Shown here piece after piece: positions 47,482 to 56,594 of a stretch of DNA of 64,000 nt. The position numbers and the translations under genes are program-made. The notes beneath the pieces are model-generated. The model was not told the origin of the DNA. It saw only the letters and a program-made list of their open reading frames with translations, and did no database searches. The stretch comes from an uncultured Acidobacteriaceae bacterium (lineage in GTDB: Bacteria; Acidobacteriota; Terriglobia; Terriglobales; Acidobacteriaceae): the NCBI GenBank assembly GCA_963749635.1, contig CAVVNW010000008.1, positions 72,413-136,412 of the forward strand, written 5' to 3'. Position 1 is the stretch's first letter; each line of letters starts with the position of its first letter.

Positions 47482-47534
47482 TTTCAATTCCAACTCCATT
47501 CTAACCCCATCCGGGAAACTGACAACGTCGAATA

Positions 47535-47550
47535 TCACACTTGTTTGTGA
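47535..47550. promoter_or_regulatory. Inverted repeat TCACA-N6-TGTGA upstream of feoA
   Basis: GAATATCACACTTGTTTGTGACG lies between feoA and the divergent aminotransferase gene. It is a candidate operator for an unknown regulator. Confidence 0.25.
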
Positions 47551-47768
47551 CGAGCGAACAATCGGGGATTCCCTGACACCGGACGTCCCAAAACGGGACC
47601 TCGATCGACCACGTTTTGGCCTCTGGAAACCTGCCTATTCTGAGCCTACGCCGGGGTTGCAGATTCTGGCGAACGGCTTGCATCCAAAGGCCGAATCTGG
47701 GCACCGAACAGCGTTCCGGGGTAGCGTCTGTGGCACACTGTTGGAACCCCCGGGGATGAGGAGTCTTG

Positions 47769-48941
47769 ATGCTGGGATTGAGTAAGGTCGCGAGCCGGAT
47801 TGTGCAGTCCACGATTCGCACCATGTCGGTGGAATGCGAGAAGGTGGGCGGGGTAAACCTTGCGCAGGGCGTATGCGATACCGAGGTTCCCCGAGTGGTG
47901 CGGCAGGCTGCCGAGGCGGCCATCGAAGCCGGATACAACCAGTACACGCGCGCCGACGGCATCGCTTCCCTGCGCGAGGCGATCGCGGCGAAGCTGCTGC
48001 GGCAGAATGGAATCGTCGCCGATCCCGAAACCGAGGTGCTGGTCACGTCGGGCGTGACGGGCGGATTCGATTCGGCATGTCGCGCGCTGCTGAATCCAGG
48101 CGACGAGGTGATTCTCTTCGAACCGTATTACGGGTATCACTACGCGACGCTGGTGGGTCAGTATTGCAAACCAGTGCTGGTGTCACTGGATCCGCCGGAT
48201 TATCCGTTGGCAGTGGATCGCCTGGCAGCGGCGATCACGCCGAAGACGCGCGGCATTGTGGTGAATACGCCGGCGAACCCGTCCGGGAAAGTGTTCACCG
48301 TTGCGGAACTGGAGCAAATCGCAGCCGTCGCAAAGCACCACGACTTGTTTTTGTTCACAGACGAGATTTACGAACACTTTGTGTACGACGGACAACGGCA
48401 TGTCAGTCCGGCATCACTGCCGGGGATTGCCGACCGGACCATCACCATTTCAGGATTCTCGAAAGTCTTCAGCATTACCGGATGGCGGGTCGGATACTTG
48501 CATGCTTCTGCTAGGTGGACGCCTGCTATCAACTACTTTCACGACCTAACATACGTCTGCGCGCCCTCGGCGTTTCAGCATGGAGTGGCCGCTGGACTCG
48601 AGCAGTTGCCTAGTTCGTTTTACGTAGAGCTGATTGCCGAGTATCAACGCAAGCGCGAGATGATTTGCGATGCACTGCGCTCGTCGGGAATGGAGCCGAG
48701 CGTTCCAGCAGGGGCGTACTACGTGTTGGCGGATGCTTCGGCTGTGCCGGGCGCCGGCAGCGTGGAGAAGGCGCTCAATCTTCTTCGACTCACTGGCGTG
48801 GCCAGCGTGCCCGGTGACGCGTTTTTCCAAGGCGGTCGTGGCGATCATCTGCTGCGCTTCTGCTTCGCGAAAACCGATGCCGATCTGGCGAATGCCTGCG
48901 AGCGGTTGATGCGTTTGCGTCCTGCGATGGCGCGTCCGTAA
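47769..48941 (+). CDS. Class I/II PLP-dependent aminotransferase
   Basis: VNLAQGVCD, NPSGKVF, and the PLP lysine in SGFSKVFSITGWRVGY. Confidence 0.85.
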   Translation: MLGLSKVASRIVQSTIRTMSVECEKVGGVNLAQGVCDTEVPRVVRQAAEAAIEAGYNQYTRADGIASLREAIAAKLLRQNGIVADPETEVLVTSGVTGGFDSACRALLNPGDEVILFEPYYGYHYATLVGQYCKPVLVSLDPPDYPLAVDRLAAAITPKTRGIVVNTPANPSGKVFTVAELEQIAAVAKHHDLFLFTDEIYEHFVYDGQRHVSPASLPGIADRTITISGFSKVFSITGWRVGYLHASARWTPAINYFHDLTYVCAPSAFQHGVAAGLEQLPSSFYVELIAEYQRKREMICDALRSSGMEPSVPAGAYYVLADASAVPGAGSVEKALNLLRLTGVASVPGDAFFQGGRGDHLLRFCFAKTDADLANACERLMRLRPAMARP

Positions 48942-49083
48942 GCTGCTGTTTCGCGACTGCGTTACGGCAATTGTTACGATTTGTCGCCGCAAATAACGGG
49001 AACGAATACCTGGCATAAATAGTTTGAATTTCACATCTCGCCGAAAAGCCTGTATTTCTAATTTCACCACCAGAAACACTACG

Positions 49084-49110
49084 CCAACGCAGCCGGCGCG
49101 TTGGTTTTTT
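49084..49110 (+). terminator. Rho-independent terminator
   Basis: CCAACGC-AGCCGGC-GCGTTGG followed by TTTTTT, 143 nt downstream of the aminotransferase stop. Confidence 0.8.
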
Positions 49111-49305
49111 GGTTTCGCGGGTTCGAGGTTTCTGGTTCAGTTCGATGACGGGGCTCTGAAAGGATTCACCACTCTCGATCGATCACGCGTCCCCCAACCG
49201 GGATTATTTCTGAGTTGACTGCAATACTGCTGCGATTGCTTAGGGTACTGGCAATGCTGAGGTGTTTCCGGCGGATGTGTGCGCCGTCCAATCCCTGAAT
49301 GAGTC

Positions 49306-51906
49306 ATGTCCACACCGACCTTCGATCCCACACTGCGCAACGTATACAAGGAAGAATCGGAGCGTATTCGGCGGGACTTTGAGGGCAATGGCTCAGGCCG
49401 TTCCTGCACTCAGGAGCGGACCCAACTGGTCGACAAGCTACTGCTGAGTCTGTGGAAGCAATCGCGGGACCTGCGGGCCGATTCGGGCATCGCCTTGGTT
49501 GCTCTGGGCGGATTCGGACGCCGAAATCTGTATCCTCACTCCGATATCGATCTGCTCTTCCTCTGCGAAAACGAGTCACTGCGGGCACGGGTGAAAGACG
49601 CTGTGCGCGCGGTCTGCCAGGAGTTGTGGGACTCGGGCCTGCGGGTGAGCCCGACTACGCGAACGCTGGACGATTGCGGCCGATTCGACCAGGAAAATGT
49701 TGAGTTCACCATCTCGCTGCTGGATTGCCGATTTCTAACCGGCGATGACGGATTGTTCGAGCGCTTGCATGAGAAGACGATTCCGCAACTGGTCACGCGC
49801 GAGTCGAGCGTACTGATCCAGCGCCTGACAGAAGTCACCCATACCCGCCACCTGCGTTACGGCAACACGATCTTCCATCTGGAGCCGAACCTGAAAGACG
49901 GCCCGGGCGGCTTGCGCGACTTCCATGTAACTCGCTGGATCACGTTGATTGCTGCGCTGGCGAACGATCGTGCATGGCCCGAGTCGCTGCATCTGCAGCA
50001 GAACTCGGACGATGATGATGTGCTGGAAGCGATGGAGTTTCTTTCTTCTGCGCGCTGCTATTTGCATTACCGCAGCAATCGCGACGAAAACGTGGTGTCG
50101 TGGGAAGCGCAGGATGACCTGGCGCTGCGCGGAATTGGCAGCCTGGAAGGCGCGGTCTCGTCGGCCGAGTGGATGCGCCTGTATTTCCGCAATGCCAAGG
50201 CAATTTTTCGCAACGCGTCGCAGTTGCTCGACCAGACTTTCACCGGCCGATCGGGTCTGGCTAGGTCGTTTCGACGGTGGCGTTCGCGTAGTTCCAATGA
50301 CGAATTCTCTGTAGTCGACCGACGGATCTATATCCAGCAGTCGGCGGGTGCGCGCGATCCAGAAGTCGTTCTGCGCCTCTTCGTTTTCATGGCGCGGCAC
50401 GGCGATAAGCTGGCGATGGAAACCGAACGCCGTCTGAACAACGCACAGCGTGCACTGCGCGACACCATGCCGCAGGATGCGAGGTTGTGGAACCACTTGC
50501 GCGACTTGCTGGCGCAGCCTCATGCCGCGGAAGCGCTGCGGGCCATGCATTCGCTGCGACTGTTGTCGCTAGCGATCCCAGAGTTCGAGACCATCGACTC
50601 GCTGGTGCTACGCGATTTATACCATCGCTATACGGTCGATGAGCACACGTTCGTCGCCATCGATACGCTGCACCGTTTACGCGAAAACAATGCCGAGTGG
50701 CTGCAGTCTTTCGCCGATCTGTTCTCGGAGTTGGAGCGCCCGGACCTGCTCTTTCTAGCCTTGCTTTTTCACGACACCGGCAAGGGACTCGCAGGCAGCG
50801 ATCATGTTCATGGAAGCCTGCAACTCACGCTTGCCGCGGTCGAGCGACTGGGACTGGGCAAGGACGACGCTCAGACGGTCGGCTTCCTGATTGCGACCCA
50901 CTTGGAGATGTCGTCGACACTGCGGCGGCGCGATATTTACGATCCGGAGACAGTGCGCGAACTGGCGGCCAAGATCGAGACCCCGGAACGGCTGAAGATG
51001 CTCACCCTTATGACACTCGCCGACATCAAGGCGGTGAATCCAGAAGCGTTGACGCCGTGGAAAGCTGAGAATCTTTGGCAACTGTATATCGCCGCCGCCA
51101 ATTACTTCACGCGCAGCGTCGATGAACAACGGTTTCGCGCCGAGATGTGCACCGCGCAGGTCGAGCGCATCGCCGCTCTGGTGCCGAAGGGCCGGTCGCG
51201 CTTGCTGAAGTTTCTCGACGGACTTCCGCAGCGATACTTGATGTCACACTCGCCGGAACAGGTGATCGCACACTTTGAAATGGCGAGCCGGCTGCGCAAC
51301 GAACCGGTGCAGGTTTCCGTCAGGCGCGCCAGCGATCAGCATGAATTGGCGGTGGTGACCGCGGACCGGAGCGGCCTATTCGCAACGCTTACGGGAATTT
51401 TGTACGGCTGGGGCATGGACATCACGAAGGCCAGCGCGTTTTCGAACCAGGCGGGAGTGATTGTCGATAGCTTCTACTTCAAGGACCGCTTTCGCACGCT
51501 GGAGCTCAATCCTTCGGAACGCGAACGCTTCAAGAAGTCGGTGCTCGACGTGGTCTGCGGATACGCATCGCTCGACCGGCTACTCGAGCCTCGACTGCGC
51601 GCCGACACCAAGCCGCCCAAGCTCAAAGTCGAGACCTGCTTGCGCTTCGATCACGAGTGCTCGCCGACCAGTACGCTGCTGGAAGTGATTACGCAGGACC
51701 GTCCTGGGCTGCTACACAACATCAGCTCCGCGCTTGCGGCCGAGAATTGCAGCATCGAAGTAGCGCTGATCGACACCGAGGGTGCGATGGCGCACGATGT
51801 TTTTTATCTGACGTCGGGCGGAGTGAAGCTGGCTCGCGATCAACAACGTGCTGTCGAGTGGGCACTGACGACGGAGTTGGCGGAATCGCTGCCTTCGAGC
51901 TGGTAG
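49306..51906 (+). CDS. glnD: [Protein-PII] uridylyltransferase / uridylyl-removing enzyme
   Basis: Nucleotidyltransferase core ALGGFGRRNLYPHSDIDLLFL, HD domain LLFHDTGKG, and two C-terminal ACT-like domains; length is 866 aa. Confidence 0.9.
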   Translation: MSTPTFDPTLRNVYKEESERIRRDFEGNGSGRSCTQERTQLVDKLLLSLWKQSRDLRADSGIALVALGGFGRRNLYPHSDIDLLFLCENESLRARVKDAVRAVCQELWDSGLRVSPTTRTLDDCGRFDQENVEFTISLLDCRFLTGDDGLFERLHEKTIPQLVTRESSVLIQRLTEVTHTRHLRYGNTIFHLEPNLKDGPGGLRDFHVTRWITLIAALANDRAWPESLHLQQNSDDDDVLEAMEFLSSARCYLHYRSNRDENVVSWEAQDDLALRGIGSLEGAVSSAEWMRLYFRNAKAIFRNASQLLDQTFTGRSGLARSFRRWRSRSSNDEFSVVDRRIYIQQSAGARDPEVVLRLFVFMARHGDKLAMETERRLNNAQRALRDTMPQDARLWNHLRDLLAQPHAAEALRAMHSLRLLSLAIPEFETIDSLVLRDLYHRYTVDEHTFVAIDTLHRLRENNAEWLQSFADLFSELERPDLLFLALLFHDTGKGLAGSDHVHGSLQLTLAAVERLGLGKDDAQTVGFLIATHLEMSSTLRRRDIYDPETVRELAAKIETPERLKMLTLMTLADIKAVNPEALTPWKAENLWQLYIAAANYFTRSVDEQRFRAEMCTAQVERIAALVPKGRSRLLKFLDGLPQRYLMSHSPEQVIAHFEMASRLRNEPVQVSVRRASDQHELAVVTADRSGLFATLTGILYGWGMDITKASAFSNQAGVIVDSFYFKDRFRTLELNPSERERFKKSVLDVVCGYASLDRLLEPRLRADTKPPKLKVETCLRFDHECSPTSTLLEVITQDRPGLLHNISSALAAENCSIEVALIDTEGAMAHDVFYLTSGGVKLARDQQRAVEWALTTELAESLPSSW

Positions 51907-51955
51907 AGCGTCCAAGAAGAAGCTCATAAATGATTGGAACGAAAATTCAAGTTCC

Positions 51956-52023
51956 CTCAGGGGCTAAAGCCCAGTGGGTAGGGTTCCGGAGCGGCACGGC
52001 TGAAGCCGTGCCCTTTCAAATCG
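51956..52023 (+). repeat. Hairpin repeat locus A
   Basis: CTCAGGGGCTAAAGCCC...GCGGCACGGCTGAAGCCGTGCCCTTTCAAATCG, with hairpins GGGC-TAAA-GCCC (51961..51972) and GGCACGGC-TGAA-GCCGTGCC (51993..52012). It is near-identical to locus B. Confidence 0.85.
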
Positions 52024-52057
52024 CACCTGTGAAACCTGCTGTAGTGCTCGCTGCGCC

Positions 52058-52552
52058 TCACTTCACGATGACTGTCACGGAAAATGTCTTAACTGGCGCG
52101 ACATCTTTTTCCCACGGGCGCCGGTACTCCAGCTTCAGTTCGCCTGTCCCTGCAAACTTGGCCGCGAACTCGAGGGTCTGATGTCCCCCTGCACCTGCCA
52201 AATTCTTACCCTGCGCGCCGGCGGCGTATGCGGACGGACCCGACTGAAGTTCTGGAGGTGTCTGTTGCACGTTCCACGAGTACCCTGTCGTGGGGTTCGA
52301 CGCGAGATGAACCTGTAGCGATTGCCCAATGCTTAGCCGTATCGGCTTGACGGCGTCTGATTCGGTGACCACGACGGGTGGCTTGGCATGCGGTGGCGTA
52401 GAGGCCGCAGAATGTTTTGCTGCGCATCCAGCTGCGACAACCAACAACAGTGACGCTACTACCACCGCCCAGATCGCCTGAAAAATCAGGCGATCTTCGT
52501 TCTGCAAGAATTCGTGGTTTTGCAAGAATTCGTGGTCAGTGTTGAAATGCAT
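52058..52552 (-). CDS. Chagasin-family (MEROPS I42) cysteine-peptidase inhibitor, probable lipoprotein
   Basis: All three chagasin loop motifs are present: NPTTGYSW, GAGG and RRPWE. A lipobox-like LLVVAAGC is also present. The start is uncertain: ATG 52552, ATG 52579, or an internal GTG just before the hydrophobic segment. Confidence 0.8.
   Translation of the reverse strand: MHFNTDHEFLQNHEFLQNEDRLIFQAIWAVVVASLLLVVAAGCAAKHSAASTPPHAKPPVVVTESDAVKPIRLSIGQSLQVHLASNPTTGYSWNVQQTPPELQSGPSAYAAGAQGKNLAGAGGHQTLEFAAKFAGTGELKLEYRRPWEKDVAPVKTFSVTVIVK
52471..52496. other. Perfect 11-bp hairpin inside the 5' part of the inhibitor ORF
   Basis: AGATCGCCTGA-AAAA-TCAGGCGATCT. Confidence 0.8.
52503..52536. repeat. 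18-bp tandem duplication (2 copies)
   Basis: TGCAAGAATTCGTGGT occurs at 52503..52518 and 52521..52536. It encodes HEFLQN twice on the minus strand. Confidence 0.9.
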
Positions 52553-52664
52553 GGAGCGTGACACTCCTTCGGCGGTCACGGTCGGAATCTAATCCCGGCC
52601 ATCCAGTTCCGGCAAGTTGTTTTCAGGATTCGCGCCGTCAAGTGTCTGCAGGCGGCTGCCAATA

Positions 52665-53924
52665 ATGGACGGAATCCGCCACGCCCTCGCCGACTGGCAG
52701 TTAATTGCAGCGTGGGCCATCTTCCTCACCAGTTACTTTGTCTTCGCCGTCGGACGATTGCCGGGAACGAAAATCGATCGTCCGGCTATGGCGGTGGTCG
52801 GCGCGGTCCTGATGTTTGTGTGCCGCATCCTGACGCCGCAGAGCGCCATTCAGAGCATCGATTTCGGCACGCTGGTTCTGCTGTTTTCGATGATGCTGAT
52901 TGTGGCCAGCCTGCATTTGGCAGGGTTCTTCGACTGGGTCGCGAACCGGGTGATTCTCCACCTCTCTCCGAGACAACTGCTCCCAGGGGTCATCTTCACC
53001 AGCGGAATTCTGGCGGCGTTCCTAGTCAACGACGTGGTTTGTTTGTTTATGGCGCCGCTAGTGCTCGATGTCTGCAAAAGGATGGGAGTGCGCCCGCTGC
53101 CTTATCTGTTGGCGCTGGCTACGGCGTCGAACATCGGTGGCGTGGCGACGATTACCGGCAACCCGCAAAATATGCTGATCGGCTCGGTCTCCGGCATTGG
53201 ATATCGCCACTTCCTGTCACATCTGGGTCCGGTCGCGCTGATCGGTTTGTTCCTCGACTGGGCGGTGATTCACTGGATTCACGTTCGCGGCGCAACGTTA
53301 GTCGTCAACGCGCAGCCTTCCACACCGGAGCAGAACACGTCGCGCGAACCGGCAGGGTTGCCTCTTCTGTGGCCTATCTTCATCACCATAGCAGTGCTGA
53401 CGGGATTCCTGATGGGGATTCCACCGGCGTTGGTCGCGTCTGCTGGTGGCGCATTGCTGCTGGTGCGACGCACTCGCGATCCACGAGAAATCTATGGCGA
53501 TGTCGACTGGTCACTGCTGGTTTTGTTTCTCGGCTTGTTCTTAATTCTGGGAGGGGCCGAACAGGCAGGAGTCACCACCACGCTCTTGCATCACGCCGAA
53601 GCCCTGAACCTGAGCAACAGCGTCATATTTGTATCGACGGTAGCGCTGCTGTCGAACCTGGTCAGCAACGTTCCCGCGGTCATGCTGCTGAAGAACCTGG
53701 TGCCGCAATTTCGTGATCCGCATACCACGTGGCTGCTGCTGGCGATGGCCAGTACTCTCGCGGGCAATCTCACGATCACCGGATCGGTGGCCAATATTAT
53801 CGTCGTGGAAAAGGCGCGCACCGTTACCCATATCAGCTTCCTGGATTACATGAAGACCGGCGTGCCGGTAACTCTTGCGACGCTGGCAGTTGGCCTGGTG
53901 TGGTTGGAATTTGTTCGTTACTAA
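52665..53924 (+). CDS. ArsB/NhaD superfamily anion permease
   Basis: Polytopic membrane protein with ATASNIGGVATITGNPQNMLIG and a second ASTLAGNLTITGSVANIIV repeat. The start is ATG 52665 or the upstream TTG-class start at 52617. Confidence 0.75.
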   Translation: MDGIRHALADWQLIAAWAIFLTSYFVFAVGRLPGTKIDRPAMAVVGAVLMFVCRILTPQSAIQSIDFGTLVLLFSMMLIVASLHLAGFFDWVANRVILHLSPRQLLPGVIFTSGILAAFLVNDVVCLFMAPLVLDVCKRMGVRPLPYLLALATASNIGGVATITGNPQNMLIGSVSGIGYRHFLSHLGPVALIGLFLDWAVIHWIHVRGATLVVNAQPSTPEQNTSREPAGLPLLWPIFITIAVLTGFLMGIPPALVASAGGALLLVRRTRDPREIYGDVDWSLLVLFLGLFLILGGAEQAGVTTTLLHHAEALNLSNSVIFVSTVALLSNLVSNVPAVMLLKNLVPQFRDPHTTWLLLAMASTLAGNLTITGSVANIIVVEKARTVTHISFLDYMKTGVPVTLATLAVGLVWLEFVRY

Positions 53925-53948
53925 GCGCCTCTGGATATTCGCGGAGAG

Positions 53949-54923
53949 TTAACGCGAGACGGTGGTAGTAACAGGGAACGTGTCTTTTGCTCCGACAGCG
54001 CTGATCGTAGTGAAGCGTAATTCTGCGGCCAACTCGCTGAGGGCGAGGTGTGCGGCAACGCGGGCTCCGATCTCGTCGCGGTCGATGTTTTCTCGGAGAA
54101 ACATCAGCACTGAAGGTCCCGCGCCACTGAGAGCAACGCCATTTATTCCCTCGGTTCCCGACAGTGCAGACAAAGCCGGCAGCAGTGGACAGAGTTGGGC
54201 GCGATAAGGGTGGTGAACTCGATCGCTCAGCGCTTCGTGTAGCCATTCTCCACGGCCTTGGCTGAGTGCAAGCACCAGCAACATGGCACTTTGCACGTTG
54301 TGGATCAAATCAACGCGGCTGTAGAGACGCGGAAGCACGCGACGCGCTTCAGAAGTCGCCAGGGGATTCTCGGGAATCGCGAGCAGCAAAGGCCAGTCAA
54401 CGGCCAACGGGATCGGAAGCACGCTAATAGCTGGGACACCATCTTTTTGTGCGCCGGTGGGCGTGCGCGCCAGGACGACTCCGCCGTGCCAGCAGGCAGC
54501 GACGTTATCGGGATGACCTTCGCACGCGGATGCTTCCGAGACGATCCTATCGCCATCCCATTCGAGGCAGCCGAACACGGCTGCCATCGCCACGCTCGCT
54601 AGTACGGCGGCGGCCGACGAGCCACAACCCATGCCGAGCGGAATGTCGTTGTCGAGTCGAATCCTGAGCGGAACGATCGGCTTCCCTTCGCGCTCCAGCA
54701 ACCGGCTGTAGGTATCGACGATGAGGTTGCCCGGCATCTTGCCGCACTGCTCGGCGTTGCGGCCGTGAGCGTCGATGGAAAACTCTGAAGACGGGACAGC
54801 CTCTATCCGCAAGCCGAAATCAAAGGCGAGTGCTGCCGCGTCGAACGCTGGCCCAAGATTCGCCGACGTCGCCGGCAGAAACATCCGAAACGGAATGCCC
54901 GATGGCTCACGAGGATCAGCCAT
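53949..54923 (-). CDS. thrB: Homoserine kinase
   Basis: PATSANLGPAFD and the GHMP motif PLGMGCGSSAAA. The ATG at 54923 lies 4 nt after the thrC stop. Confidence 0.88.
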   Translation of the reverse strand: MADPREPSGIPFRMFLPATSANLGPAFDAAALAFDFGLRIEAVPSSEFSIDAHGRNAEQCGKMPGNLIVDTYSRLLEREGKPIVPLRIRLDNDIPLGMGCGSSAAAVLASVAMAAVFGCLEWDGDRIVSEASACEGHPDNVAACWHGGVVLARTPTGAQKDGVPAISVLPIPLAVDWPLLLAIPENPLATSEARRVLPRLYSRVDLIHNVQSAMLLVLALSQGRGEWLHEALSDRVHHPYRAQLCPLLPALSALSGTEGINGVALSGAGPSVLMFLRENIDRDEIGARVAAHLALSELAAELRFTTISAVGAKDTFPVTTTVSR

Positions 54924-56295
54924 TGCGCTTGTCCTCGGCTTCGAGCGCGCGCAGGACCGCATCGGCACTGGCGTCCAATACGATGGGCGCTTTTCTTTGC
55001 TGCGTCGTCAGCGCATTGAATTCCTGATCCGCCATGCGCGGCACCGACAAATCGCCGCGATGGAACTTGATGGTGTACTCCGGGTCCTTCAGCACGTGGC
55101 CGGTCAGCACTAGCACCACCGAATCCGTTGGCCGCACGAAACCGCTCTTCACTAGCTTCTTCAGCCCGGCTAGCGTGACCGCTGACGCCGGCTCGCATCC
55201 CACACCGTCAGCGCCAATCTCCGCTTTCGCTACTGCGATTTCAGCTTCGCTCACTTGCTCGACGCAACCGTGCGAAGCTTCCAGTACGCGCAGCGATTTC
55301 TTCCACGAAGCCGGATTGCCTATGCGAATCGCGGTTGCCAGAGTGTCGGCCTCGACCGGCACCAGTTCTCTGCCCTGCTTTTCGTGAACGGTGCGATAAA
55401 GCGGATTGGCGCCCTCCGCCTGAATGACCGAGATCTTCGGCACAGCGTCAACCAAACCGAGCCGCTTCATCTCCAGGAACGCCTTGCCCAGCGCCGAGTT
55501 GTTGCCGAGGTTCCCTCCGGGAACGATAACGTGGTCGGGCACTTGCCAGTCCAATTGTTCGAGCAACTCGATGGCGGCTGTCTTCTGCCCTTCGAGCCGA
55601 TATGGATTCACCGAATTCAGCAGGTAAATCGGATAGCGCTGGATAATTTCATTCAGCACTCGCACGCATCCGTCGAAGTCGGTGCGAAGCTGGCAGGTGA
55701 GTGCGCCGTAGTCGAGCGATTGCGAAAGCTTTCCCCATGCGATCTTGCCGTCGGGAATGACCACGAGGCTGCGCATTCCGCCGCGCGCGGCATAGGCCGC
55801 CATCGAGGCCGACGTGTTTCCCGTCGAAGCGCAGGCCACCCATTGAAACTTGTTCTGGCGGGCGAATGAAATGGCAACCGTCATGCCGGTATCTTTAAAC
55901 GACCCGGTGGGATTCATGCCTTGATGTTTCGCCAGCAAACGATCGACGCCGGCGGACCGCGCACATCGCGGCAACTCGTAAACTGGAGTATTGCCCTCCC
56001 GCAAGGTAATCGCTGAGGCCCAGTCGTCGAGAGCAGGCAGGAGTTCGCGAAAGCGCCACACGCCGCTGCGATCAAGAATTTGGTTCGACGTCCTACGCTC
56101 GCGCCACAAGGCCTTCAGCGCCGACGGTTCAGGCGCGGAGCCGGCCGACCATGATGGGAACTGCACTTCCAGCAAATCGCCGCAGTGCGCACAGCGGAAA
56201 TCGGCGGCGAGCGCGCCACTCACCTCGCCGCAAGAGATGCAGCGGACACGATGGTTGGCGACAGAAATACTACGGCCCGATTGCACGATTTCCAT
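54916..56295 (-). CDS. thrC: Threonine synthase with N-terminal zinc ribbon
   Basis: CISCG...CAHCG at the N-terminus, the PLP lysine in NPTGSFKDTGM, and GNTSASMAAYAARGG. Confidence 0.9.
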   Translation of the reverse strand: MEIVQSGRSISVANHRVRCISCGEVSGALAADFRCAHCGDLLEVQFPSWSAGSAPEPSALKALWRERRTSNQILDRSGVWRFRELLPALDDWASAITLREGNTPVYELPRCARSAGVDRLLAKHQGMNPTGSFKDTGMTVAISFARQNKFQWVACASTGNTSASMAAYAARGGMRSLVVIPDGKIAWGKLSQSLDYGALTCQLRTDFDGCVRVLNEIIQRYPIYLLNSVNPYRLEGQKTAAIELLEQLDWQVPDHVIVPGGNLGNNSALGKAFLEMKRLGLVDAVPKISVIQAEGANPLYRTVHEKQGRELVPVEADTLATAIRIGNPASWKKSLRVLEASHGCVEQVSEAEIAVAKAEIGADGVGCEPASAVTLAGLKKLVKSGFVRPTDSVVLVLTGHVLKDPEYTIKFHRGDLSVPRMADQEFNALTTQQRKAPIVLDASADAVLRALEAEDKRNG

Positions 56296-56421
56296 TCAGC
56301 AATTCCGGTTAAGAATGTGTGACTACCATTCTAAGTTACAGCAGTGCGGCCATGACTGACATCGAAGACACGACTTCTAGAAGCAGCCTCATAAACGACG
56401 TCTGGAACGAAGTTCGATTCG

Positions 56422-56491
56422 CTCAGGGGCTAAAGCCCGAGATGTATGGCGGCGTTGTGCGGCACGGCTAAAGCCGTGCCCTTTCAAATCG
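56422..56491 (+). repeat. Hairpin repeat locus B
   Basis: CTCAGGGGCTAAAGCCC...GCGGCACGGCTAAAGCCGTGCCCTTTCAAATCG, with hairpins at 56427..56438 and 56461..56480. Confidence 0.85.
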
Positions 56492-56533
56492 GAGTCATAA
56501 GGCCGTCTAGTTTTCCTGCTTCATAAAACAACA

Positions 56534-56555
56534 GGGAGGAGCCGGAACTCCTCCC
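56534..56555 (-). terminator. Terminator hairpin after the modABC-linked hypothetical gene (possibly bidirectional)
   Basis: GGGAGGAG-CCGGAA-CTCCTCCC, flanked by T/A-rich runs on both sides, 40 nt after the stop at 56595. Confidence 0.7.
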
Positions 56556-56594
56556 TTTTAGGTTGCTTGGAAAACGTCGGCTTTCGCCTCTCGT

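Noticed and set aside
49011-49027. A sigma-54-like promoter, TGGCATAAATAGTTTGA, upstream of the candidate sRNA and glnD.
   Set aside because: The GG element is present, but the -12 GC (TTGC) is missing at the correct spacing.
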